Shown piece after piece: positions 8,075-15,711 of a DNA stretch of 18,501 bases. Under the pieces are notes generated by a model. The model saw nothing but the letters and a program-made list of their open reading frames with translations, ran no database searches and was not told the origin of the DNA. Origin of the DNA: a bacterium (lineage in GTDB: Bacteria > Acidobacteriota > Blastocatellia > HR10); contig JBEPZV010000043.1 in assembly GCA_041640655.1 (NCBI GenBank), positions 1-18,501 on the forward strand. The letters run 5' to 3'. Within the stretch, counting starts at the first letter, position 1. Each line of letters starts with the position of its first letter. The translations under genes were made by a program, and so were the position numbers.

Positions 8075-8467
8075 CGACCGACCAAGGGCCGTGAGCGCTT
8101 TCTCGATGTTGGACACGGCCAAGATCACCGCCGCTTGCGCGTGTCCCGGCAGCGTTGTCGCGTAGGCGTATTTGATGTTGATCTTGGCCTCGGCCAGCTT
8201 CTCGGTGACCTCGGCCAGGGCTCCGGGCCGATGCTCTGCCGAGACAAGAAGCGCCTCCTCTTCGGAGAAGCGGATGCGCGCTGCGCGCAGGGCATCCCGC
8301 GCGCGGTTGAGGTCCTCCACGACAAGTCGCACTTTCCCCTTCCCTTTGACCTCGGGGACGAACACCGCCGTGATGTTGACCTGGGCTTGAGCCAGGGCGG
8401 AGCAGACGCGATGGAGCGTCCCCGGTTTGTTCTCCAAGGTGACGGCGATTTGCGTGACCGTAGCCAT
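8072..8467 (-). CDS. Tandem ACT-domain protein (amino-acid-binding regulatory protein)
   Basis: Two ACT units (QIAVTLENKPGTL...VNI and EHRPGALAEVTEKLAEAKINIKYAY). ATG 8467 with SD AGGAGG. The ORF track's upstream extension to 8968 is spurious. Confidence 0.88.
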   Translation of the reverse strand: MATVTQIAVTLENKPGTLHRVCSALAQAQVNITAVFVPEVKGKGKVRLVVEDLNRARDALRAARIRFSEEEALLVSAEHRPGALAEVTEKLAEAKINIKYAYATTLPGHAQAAVILAVSNIEKALTALGRS

Positions 8468-8509
8468 CGAGTGACCTCCTTGCGATCGAAATCTCGCTGA
8501 GTCCCCTCC

Positions 8510-8539
8510 ATTATACGGCATGCGGCGATTCGCCGCGAA
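8510..8539 (-). promoter_or_regulatory. Promoter for the ACT gene with a palindrome in the spacer
   Basis: Minus-strand TATAAT at 8515-8510, weak -35 (TTCGCG), perfect palindrome GCGGCGA-T-TCGCCGC at 8522-8536. Confidence 0.5.
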
Positions 8540-8550
8540 ATAAATCGTGC

Positions 8551-8580
8551 TTGACATTCGAAGGGCGATCAGATAAAAAT
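8551..8580 (+). promoter_or_regulatory. Candidate sigma70 promoter for the large secreted protein
   Basis: TTGACA (8551-8556) followed 17-18 nt later by TAAAAAT, in an AT-rich patch. Confidence 0.5.
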
Positions 8581-8756
8581 GCCGCTGAACCTTGAACCTG
8601 ATCGGACACGTGCGGAGGGTTGAGCACGGAGAGCGACGACGCGTGGATGTGAGCGATGCCTGATCCGAGCGAGAGAGGCTGATGCCGTGGGCGCAATGAG
8701 GACGGGAATTCTCGGATTCCTGTGGATTATTCCGGTTCGAGAGAAGGGAGGGCGGC

Positions 8757-11700
8757 GTGAAGCGATGGCTCTGGGTGCTCGTGCTCGGTCTCGTGCTTCC
8801 GCTTCGTGGGGATCGGACGCCTCCGAGGGCTGCTGAACCGGCGGGGGGGATTCGATTGGCGGATCGCCTGATCCGCGAGAGCGCACCCCTTCGGGCAAAG
8901 GGGAGAGTCCTTGCTCTGGATGCCGTCCGATCTGAGGTCTGGCGCGATCCCGCGACGACGTTTGGCATCCTCCGTCCGCTCTCTCTGGAGATCGAGGGCG
9001 AGCCGGGGCTTCGGACGCTTTTCGAGCGGCGTGGGCTCGTTCCCCGCTCGCTCGCCGTGGCCGATTTCGATGAGGACGGACGGCCGGATGGCGCAGCGGG
9101 GTTCCTCGCGCCGTGGGGGGGAGCGCTCGTCCTCTCACCTGGCGGCGTCTTGGAGTTCGAGGCAGTCGCGAATCGGGTGAGCGCGCGTGCGTTCGCCGTG
9201 CCGGCGGTGCCGAAAGAGCTTCAGGCGGGCGATCTGGATGGCGACGGGCATGCGGACATCGTCTTCGCCGATGGGATCGAAGCGCGCGCGTTCGTTCTCC
9301 TGGGCGATGGTCGGGGTGGATTTGCTGATCCGCGGGCGATCGCGCTGCCCGTTGCACCCTCCGTCCTGGTCCTGGCGCCTCGGAGTGGTCCGCCCCTCGG
9401 TCTGTTGAATCGGACGATCCTTCGTGTGCCAGTTGATCTGATCGTCGTGGGGGAACGAGAGGGTCGGTGGCACGTCGCTCGCGTGCGGGACGGCAGGGTG
9501 AACGAGGTGGCGCTGCTTCCGGTCCCTCCCGCGTGGCACGCGGTGGCTTCGCTCGTGACGGATTGGGATGGCGATTCTCGGGCTGATCTCCTTATTGCCG
9601 GAGGCGATCGGCTCCTCGTCTTCTCCGATCTCTCGCGAGGGTCGCTCGCGCATCCTGACATCATTCCGCTTGAGCTCTCGGTTCGAGCGCTTGTGGCGGG
9701 CGATTTCGATGGGGATCGGCGCGCGGATCTCGCTCTGTTGGATGAATCCGGACTTCGCGTGGACATTTTGTGGAATGCTTCCTTTGAGCGGACGTCGCTG
9801 AGGCTCTCCCGCGCAGCACATGCACTCGCGTCCGCACACCTGGATGGTGACCGCAAGGCCGATCTCCTCGCGCTCGCTGCGGGGGTGGCGGAGCTCGCCG
9901 TGTGGTCGGGCGACGATCTCCATCGAGCGAAGGGGCCGACGGACGCGCTGGCTCAGGACGTCGAGGCTCGGGCGCATTCGATCGCTTTAACGGCGGGGTG
10001 TCATCCTCTGGCTGCCTTCTCGATCGCGAGGCATGGCGTGGATGATCTCCTCATCGTGAATCGCCAGGAGCCGGGCCAATCGTGTCCGAGCGCGTTTCAT
10101 CGGCTGACGGCGCAGGCGAACGAGATCCTCGTCACGACGACGAGCGATAGCGGTCCCGGCTCGTTGCGACAGGCGCTGCTGGATGCGAACGCGAGCCCAG
10201 GGCCGGATGTGATTCGCTTTCGCATTCCGGCCGGGGACCCAGGCTTTGCGGCCGGCGTCTTCACGATCCGGTTGCAGAGCCCGCTGCCGGAGATTCGCGG
10301 GGGGGGCATCACGATTGATGGGGCGAGCCAAATCGCCTTCACGGGAGCGACGAACGGAGATCGTCCGGTCATTCTCTTGAGCGGCGAGGTCGCGGGGTCC
10401 GCCTCCGGGCTCGTCCTCGCCAGCGATCGCAACGTCGTGCGTCGGCTCATCCTCACGCGCTTCATCGGTGCGGATCAGGCGGCCTTGGTGATCCGCGGGG
10501 GGGCGGAGAACGTCATCGAGGGATGCCTGATCGGGACGAACGCGACCGGGGCTGGCCCGGCGGGGAACACGACGGGCGTGCTCTTGATCGAGGGCGCGCG
10601 GGAGAACCGAATCGGGGGGATGGAGGCCGACGCGCGAAATGTGATCTCGGCCAACACGACGGGCATTCTCCTTCGCGGGGCGACAACGACGGGCAATCTC
10701 ATCCTGGGGAATTTCATTGGGACGACGGCCGATGGCGAGACGGCGCTCTCCAATGTGGACGGCGTGCGCATCGAGAGCCAAGCGAGCGGGAATCGGGTGG
10801 GAGCGCCGGGCGCGGGCAATGTCATCGCCGGGAGCGTGGGCAATGGGATATGGATTCGCGCGCCCGGCAGCTCCGATCGGAATATCGTTCAGGCGAATCG
10901 GATCGGCGTGAGCCCCAGCGGCGCGCCGCTCGGCAATCGCATCTCCGGTGTCACCATCAGTAGCGGCAGCGAGAATCTGATTGGGGGGACGGAACAGGGC
11001 GAAGGGAATCTCATCGCCTATCAGCGTGGCAGCGGCGTTCAGATCACCGGGGCCTCGCGTGGCAATCGCGTTCTGGGCAATGTGATCCGCAACAATGGCG
11101 AATTGGGGATTGATCTGCGCGGCGACGGACCGACTCCCAATGACCCGGGCGACGCCGATACGGGACCGAATGATCTGCAGAACTTCCCAGTGATCGCGAC
11201 CGCTGTGCAGCGACCGGGGCGGCTCGTCCTCATGGGAACGCTCGATACGGGGGCAGGGGATATTCGGGTGGAGTTCTTCGCCAATACGGCGTGCCATGCT
11301 TCGGGGTTCGGAGAAGGGGAGATCCCCATCGGCGCCATCACCGTGCGCGCGACGGGCGATGCGCGGAATCCGGCCGCGTTCACGGTCGAGCTGCCTGTGA
11401 CTGCGCGGGGCCAGGTGATCACGGCGACGGCGACTGATGCCGTCGGGAACACCTCGGAATTCTCCCCTTGCGTGTCGGTGAATGCCGCGCCGATCGCCGA
11501 TGCGGGTCCGGATCAACTCGTGGACGAAGGTACGGAAGTGACGCTGGATGGGACGGCCAGCCGCGATCCCGACGGAGATCCGATCGCCTTCAGTTGGCGA
11601 CAAGTGGCGGGACCAAGAGTCGCCCTCTCGGACGCGACATCGCCGCAGCCGCGCTTCATCGCTCCGGTCGTGGACCCCTCGGTGCCGCCGCCGGTTCGAC

Positions 11701-12632
11701 TCGTTTTCGAATTGATCGTGAGCGATGGGCGCGCGGAGAGCGATCCCGATCTGGTGACCATCACCGTCAATCGGCGCCCGATCGCCAATGCCGGGCCGGA
11801 TCAGAGAGTGGACGAAGGGACGACGGTCACACTCGATGGGACAGCGAGTCGCGATCCGGATGGCGATGTGCTGACCTTCCGCTGGCGGCAAGTGGCGGGG
11901 CCAACGGTGGCGCTCTCGGATCCGACGTCGCCGCGCCCGCAGTTCACGGCTCCGGTCGTCGCGCCAACTATCCCGCCGCCGGTCACGCTGGTGTTCGAAT
12001 TAGTCGTGAGCGATGGGCGGCTCCTGAGTGCACTGGATCAGGTGGTGATCACCGTCAACCGGCGTCCGATCGCCAACGCAGGGCCGGATCAAACTGTGCC
12101 CGATGGTGCGCTCGTCACCCTGGATGGAACGCGCAGTTTCGATCCCGATGGCGACGGGATCACGTTTCGGTGGACGCAAACGGCCGGACCCTCGGTGACG
12201 CTCACGGGCGCGACGACGCCGCGGCCAAGCTTCACGGCGCCGAACCTCGGCGTGACGGAGGCGACGTCGGTGCGCTTGACCTTCTCGCTCGTCGTGAGCG
12301 ATGGGCGGTTGAGCAGCGCTCCGGATACTGTGGATGTCATCGTGCAGAACCTCATTCGTCTGGATGACAGCCGTCGCAGCGGCAATCGGCTCACGCTCAA
12401 TCTGGCGACGAACACGTTCGAGTTTCGCGCGGATCGCCTCAATCGAACCTTCACCGGGACGATCACGGAGATCGCGCGCGGCGTCGGCGATGGCCATCAG
12501 ATACGGATCGTGGGGACAGGACCGGAGGGGATCCGGCTCACCGTGAATATTGACATGCGTCGGAACGTCGCCACGGCCGTCCTCATGACCGCGCGTGAGA
12601 CGCTGACGCTCTTCACCGGTGAGGTGCGCTGA
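8757..12632 (+). CDS. Large secreted multidomain protein: FG-GAP/VCBS repeats, parallel beta-helix, 3 PKD-like domains and an unknown C-terminal domain (adhesin-like)
   Basis: SD GGGAGGG, GTG start, signal peptide. Five or more DxDxDGxxD repeats (DFDEDGRPD, DLDGDGHAD, DWDGDSRAD, DFDGDRRAD, HLDGDRKAD). Beta-helix region: VTTTSDSGPGSLRQA, GNxIG repeats, NDPGDADTGPNDLQNFP, GNTSEFS. Three PIAxAGPDQ...DPDGD...VSDG domains. Confidence 0.9.
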   Translation: MKRWLWVLVLGLVLPLRGDRTPPRAAEPAGGIRLADRLIRESAPLRAKGRVLALDAVRSEVWRDPATTFGILRPLSLEIEGEPGLRTLFERRGLVPRSLAVADFDEDGRPDGAAGFLAPWGGALVLSPGGVLEFEAVANRVSARAFAVPAVPKELQAGDLDGDGHADIVFADGIEARAFVLLGDGRGGFADPRAIALPVAPSVLVLAPRSGPPLGLLNRTILRVPVDLIVVGEREGRWHVARVRDGRVNEVALLPVPPAWHAVASLVTDWDGDSRADLLIAGGDRLLVFSDLSRGSLAHPDIIPLELSVRALVAGDFDGDRRADLALLDESGLRVDILWNASFERTSLRLSRAAHALASAHLDGDRKADLLALAAGVAELAVWSGDDLHRAKGPTDALAQDVEARAHSIALTAGCHPLAAFSIARHGVDDLLIVNRQEPGQSCPSAFHRLTAQANEILVTTTSDSGPGSLRQALLDANASPGPDVIRFRIPAGDPGFAAGVFTIRLQSPLPEIRGGGITIDGASQIAFTGATNGDRPVILLSGEVAGSASGLVLASDRNVVRRLILTRFIGADQAALVIRGGAENVIEGCLIGTNATGAGPAGNTTGVLLIEGARENRIGGMEADARNVISANTTGILLRGATTTGNLILGNFIGTTADGETALSNVDGVRIESQASGNRVGAPGAGNVIAGSVGNGIWIRAPGSSDRNIVQANRIGVSPSGAPLGNRISGVTISSGSENLIGGTEQGEGNLIAYQRGSGVQITGASRGNRVLGNVIRNNGELGIDLRGDGPTPNDPGDADTGPNDLQNFPVIATAVQRPGRLVLMGTLDTGAGDIRVEFFANTACHASGFGEGEIPIGAITVRATGDARNPAAFTVELPVTARGQVITATATDAVGNTSEFSPCVSVNAAPIADAGPDQLVDEGTEVTLDGTASRDPDGDPIAFSWRQVAGPRVALSDATSPQPRFIAPVVDPSVPPPVRLVFELIVSDGRAESDPDLVTITVNRRPIANAGPDQRVDEGTTVTLDGTASRDPDGDVLTFRWRQVAGPTVALSDPTSPRPQFTAPVVAPTIPPPVTLVFELVVSDGRLLSALDQVVITVNRRPIANAGPDQTVPDGALVTLDGTRSFDPDGDGITFRWTQTAGPSVTLTGATTPRPSFTAPNLGVTEATSVRLTFSLVVSDGRLSSAPDTVDVIVQNLIRLDDSRRSGNRLTLNLATNTFEFRADRLNRTFTGTITEIARGVGDGHQIRIVGTGPEGIRLTVNIDMRRNVATAVLMTARETLTLFTGEVR
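11478..12341 (+). repeat. Three tandem 288-bp intragenic repeats encoding 96-aa PKD-like domains
   Basis: Units start at 11478, 11766 and 12054 (exact 288-nt period). Units 1 and 2 are visibly more similar to each other than to unit 3. Confidence 0.92.
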
Positions 12633-12740
12633 CGCGAAGCGGCGCATGTCGGAGAAGGACTTTCGGCATTGTGGGAGCGAAGCCTTCGTGGCGCGATCGC
12701 GGGGCGAGACGGCGATCGGTTCATCTTCGGGGAGGAGGAC

Positions 12741-15368
12741 ATGGCAGTTCGATCTCCCGTGCGGACGCTCGTTCTGGTCGGGCTTCTTCTGGTGAATGGA
12801 CCGTGCCTGTTGGAGGGCTGGGCGCAGGAGCGGCGCGCACCGGTTGAGTCGGCGAATCAAACGGCTGCGACGACGACGGGCGGGACCAGTACAGGCCTCT
12901 TTCTGACGTTCAGTCCGCGGACGCTCCGTCGAGGCGAGTATACGCTGAGCGCCTCCTGGAACAATTTCGATCGCGATCCGGGTGATGTGGACATCAATCA
13001 GATCCCGGTCAGCTTCACCCTGGGACTGACCAATCGGCTGGAGCTGTTTCTGACGGCGAACGTCTTTCAGCAGGTGACCTCGCGGCAGCCTTTCGCACTT
13101 TCGGGCTATCAATTTCACGGCGTGCGCCAGGCCTTTGGTGGCGATCCGTTCGTCGCCTTCGGCGCTCCCGTTGGAGGTCGTGAGACGGCAGCGGCGTTCT
13201 TCCCCGTGAGTGGGGCGCGGTTGGGGGGAATTCTGCCTCCGCCGGGGAGCTTCTTCGGCCCTGCTCTGCTCGCCGATCGCCCGAGCTTCGTCCATGAGTG
13301 GCCTTTCTTCGGTCCGGCGACGTTTCTCTCGCGCGACATGGGCTTTGAGATCGCGCGTTCGGCCAACGGCATGGGAGACGTGACCGTCGGCCTGAAGGCG
13401 GCGCTCACGGAACCAGCGGGCTCATTCCCCCTGGCGCTGGCCGCCGTGTTGCGCCTTCCTTCGGCGCGGCATCTGGAAGCGCTCGCGCGCGGTCGCAGCT
13501 CGGGCGCGACCGATGTGGGCATCGTCCTGATCTCCGGTCAGAATTACCTGGGTCACCGCCTCCGCGTCGTGCAGAACATCGGGTACGTTCGCTCTGGAGA
13601 TCCGAAGCTGAGCGGCGTGAAGCTCCTGGATCGGCGCGATCAATTGCTGCTTCATGCGGGCGTGGAGATCGCTCCCGCTCAATGGCTCGTACTCGTCGCC
13701 GAATGGGCGAACGCGATCGCCGTCTCTTCGGGGACACCCAGTCTGAACGCCATCAATCCATCCGATCTGATTCTCGGCGCGCGTTTCTACGGATATGAGG
13801 GGCGCCTTCAGGTAGGCGGTGGGTGGCGACGGCTCTTGAATCAGTCGGATGGGCGCACGATCCCCGTCTTCCAACCCGGCGTGGGCGTGTCCGTGTTCGA
13901 CCTCGGTTCGCGAGATGCCAACGGCTTCATCGTCAACGTCGCGCTGGCGCGCCGCGCTTCGATCCTGCCTCCGCCTCCGCCGAATCGTGCGCCGAGCGTC
14001 ACGCTCTTTGTGGACCGCGCCGAGGTGCGCGATGGGGAGCGCGTGACTTTCGAGGCTCGCGCCTTCGATCCCGATAACGATGTGCTCACCTACACGTGGG
14101 CGATTGAACCTTCGGTCCCGCGCGAGGCCGTGCAGGCCGTGGGCGTGCCTCCGGGGAATCGCATCGCGCTCGATACGACGGGATTGAATCCGACGGCGGG
14201 AGCCCCACCGCGCACGTTCACCATCACCGTGCGCGTCGAGGATGGGCGTGGGGGGACGGCTTCGGATCGGCGCGCGATCGTGGTGACGTCGCCACCACCG
14301 CCTCCGCCTCCGCCACCACCACCCCCTCCACCGCCGAATCGTCCCCCGGTGATTCAGGAGATCGAGATCGCGCCCGTGGGAGCACCACAAGTCCCCGGAC
14401 AGATCACCGATGGTGATCTCGTGCGCGTTCGCGCCATCGCCCAAGATCCGGATGGCGATGTGCTCGTCTATCGCTGGAGTGCGACCGCCGGGCGATGGGT
14501 TGGCATCGGCAGCGAGATCACGTTCGATACGGCGGGGATCACGGTCGGCCCCGGAGGGCCGCCCGTCACCGTGACCATCACCGTGACGGTGGATGACGGT
14601 CGAGGAGGGACCGAAACGCGCTCGCGCGCGATCACCGTCGTCGCCGTGAAGCGCCCGGAGCCCATCCGGTTGCCCGCGCTCTTCTTCGCGCGTCCGAACG
14701 CGGCGCGCATCACCAATCTGCACAAGGCCATTCTCGATGACGCGGCCGATCGGTTGCGACAAGATCCGCGCGCCACGCTCGTCATTGATGGGCATCAAGA
14801 TCGCGCCGAGCGATCGGGCGTCGCCCGCACGCGAGCGCGCAACGCCGCCGACTATCTGATCCGACAGCGAGGTCTTGATCGCGCTCGCATTCGGATCCGG
14901 GATTTCGGCGCACGACGTCCTCATGAGAGTGGACGGCGGTCGAGGAATCGGCGCGTGGAGCTGTGGATTCTCCCAGCCGGCGCCGAGCTGCCGCCCGATG
15001 AGGCCGGAAGACCGCCAGAGGCTCAGAGGCACCAACGCGAGCCGGAGGCGTCAGCCGTGCGCGCATCGGCCGATCCGATGGACTCGCGTCTTGCTCAGGC
15101 GCTTCCGGTCACGATGGCTTCTTCGGAGCGGCCGGTCGGTGAAGTTCGTCGTCGTCCCCTTCGCGTGACGGCGCCTTCGGCAGCTCAACATCTACCGTCG
15201 GGCATCGCCCCCGATTCGTCCCCCTCTGTGCGAGAACGCCTTGCGGCGGATTCCCGCGCGCGGCTCTCACGGCGAGCGAGCCGCGCGAGGGCCGGTCGTG
15301 TCCGGCGAATCCGGACGGTCACGGTGACGTCTCCTGAGCGACTTCATCTGGCCCGCCGCCTTCGGTGA
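12741..15368 (+). CDS. OmpA-family envelope protein: N-terminal putative beta-barrel, two Ig/PKD-like domains, polyproline linkers, OmpA_C domain, basic tail
   Basis: SD GGAGGAGG, ATG 12741, signal peptide. GGTSTGLF...RTLRRGE and amphipathic strands. Two NRxP...DPDxDVL...V(E/D)DGRGGT domains. OmpA_C motifs IDGHQD, RARNAADYL and NRRVE. Confidence 0.85.
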   Translation: MAVRSPVRTLVLVGLLLVNGPCLLEGWAQERRAPVESANQTAATTTGGTSTGLFLTFSPRTLRRGEYTLSASWNNFDRDPGDVDINQIPVSFTLGLTNRLELFLTANVFQQVTSRQPFALSGYQFHGVRQAFGGDPFVAFGAPVGGRETAAAFFPVSGARLGGILPPPGSFFGPALLADRPSFVHEWPFFGPATFLSRDMGFEIARSANGMGDVTVGLKAALTEPAGSFPLALAAVLRLPSARHLEALARGRSSGATDVGIVLISGQNYLGHRLRVVQNIGYVRSGDPKLSGVKLLDRRDQLLLHAGVEIAPAQWLVLVAEWANAIAVSSGTPSLNAINPSDLILGARFYGYEGRLQVGGGWRRLLNQSDGRTIPVFQPGVGVSVFDLGSRDANGFIVNVALARRASILPPPPPNRAPSVTLFVDRAEVRDGERVTFEARAFDPDNDVLTYTWAIEPSVPREAVQAVGVPPGNRIALDTTGLNPTAGAPPRTFTITVRVEDGRGGTASDRRAIVVTSPPPPPPPPPPPPPPPNRPPVIQEIEIAPVGAPQVPGQITDGDLVRVRAIAQDPDGDVLVYRWSATAGRWVGIGSEITFDTAGITVGPGGPPVTVTITVTVDDGRGGTETRSRAITVVAVKRPEPIRLPALFFARPNAARITNLHKAILDDAADRLRQDPRATLVIDGHQDRAERSGVARTRARNAADYLIRQRGLDRARIRIRDFGARRPHESGRRSRNRRVELWILPAGAELPPDEAGRPPEAQRHQREPEASAVRASADPMDSRLAQALPVTMASSERPVGEVRRRPLRVTAPSAAQHLPSGIAPDSSPSVRERLAADSRARLSRRASRARAGRVRRIRTVTVTSPERLHLARRLR
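14292..14336 (+). repeat. Polyproline tract (15 consecutive Pro codons)
   Basis: CCN x15 between the two Ig-like domains, with mixed synonymous codons. Confidence 0.95.
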
Positions 15369-15370
15369 GG

Positions 15371-15398
15371 GCGCCTGTGGAGGGGCGGGCGTTTTTAT
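15371..15398 (+). terminator. Intrinsic terminator after the OmpA-family gene
   Basis: Stem GCGCCTGT/GCGGGCGT (with G-U pairs) followed by TTTTAT, 2 nt after the stop. Confidence 0.65.
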
Positions 15399-15407
15399 AC
15401 ATTTTCG

Positions 15408-15437
15408 TTGACAAAGTCGCCCTGCGTGGGCTATACT
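15408..15437 (+). promoter_or_regulatory. Near-consensus sigma70 promoter of the sulfite reductase operon
   Basis: TTGACA (15408-15413)-N18-TATACT (15432-15437), with AT-rich sequence upstream. Confidence 0.8.
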
Positions 15438-15447
15438 ACCGCCCGAC

Positions 15448-15615
15448 ATGACGCAGTCGGGAGGGCAGACGATGGCGTGTGGCGAACGGAGGGAGCTGAG
15501 GACGCGGGGTGAGGTGATGGAGCGCCGCGTCATGAGGACTGTAGCCTTCGTCTCCCGAATGCCTTGGGCATCGGAGGCGGGGAGCGCCTTCGCCGACGAC
15601 GTCTGTCGTCGCTGA
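15448..15615 (+). CDS. Putative leader peptide ending ...FADDVCRR (uORF)
   Basis: 55-aa open frame beginning just after the promoter. In-frame ATGs at 15448, 15472 (SD GGGAGGG), 15517 and 15532. Cys codon is third from the stop and lies in a hairpin. Confidence 0.5.
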   Translation: MTQSGGQTMACGERRELRTRGEVMERRVMRTVAFVSRMPWASEAGSAFADDVCRR

Positions 15616-15711
15616 ATCCCCACGTCGGACGATCCCACGATCGTCAGGTGAGTGCCTTCCTGTGGGGGTGTTGTCTCCCTCACCGGCGTGCATTCGGTCT
15701 GTAGTCGGACT

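Noticed and set aside
8586..8599. GAAC repeat as a LexA box
   Set aside because: Spacing is GAAC-N3-GAAC, matching neither GTTC-N7-GTTC nor GAAC-N4-GTTC.
9987..11891. 634-aa minus-strand ORF (likewise 13422-15035, 6625-8085, 16210-17499, 12000-13295 and 17313-18383)
   Set aside because: Antisense shadows of well-supported genes in GC-rich DNA, with no motifs and Arg/Pro-rich composition.
11478..12341. Periodic repeats as a CRISPR array or mobile-element trace
   Set aside because: In-frame 288-nt coding repeats with synonymous divergence; no spacers or cas genes.
15480..15560. CGGAGGGAGCTG as a possible SAM-I riboswitch in the first leader
   Set aside because: The other conserved SAM-I elements and P1 pairing are absent, and there is no terminator platform.
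15652..15711. N-terminal extension of reductase 1 from GTG 15652, containing two Cys
   Set aside because: No appropriately spaced SD, and the sequence is better explained as structured leader. Not fully excluded without N-terminal proteomics.
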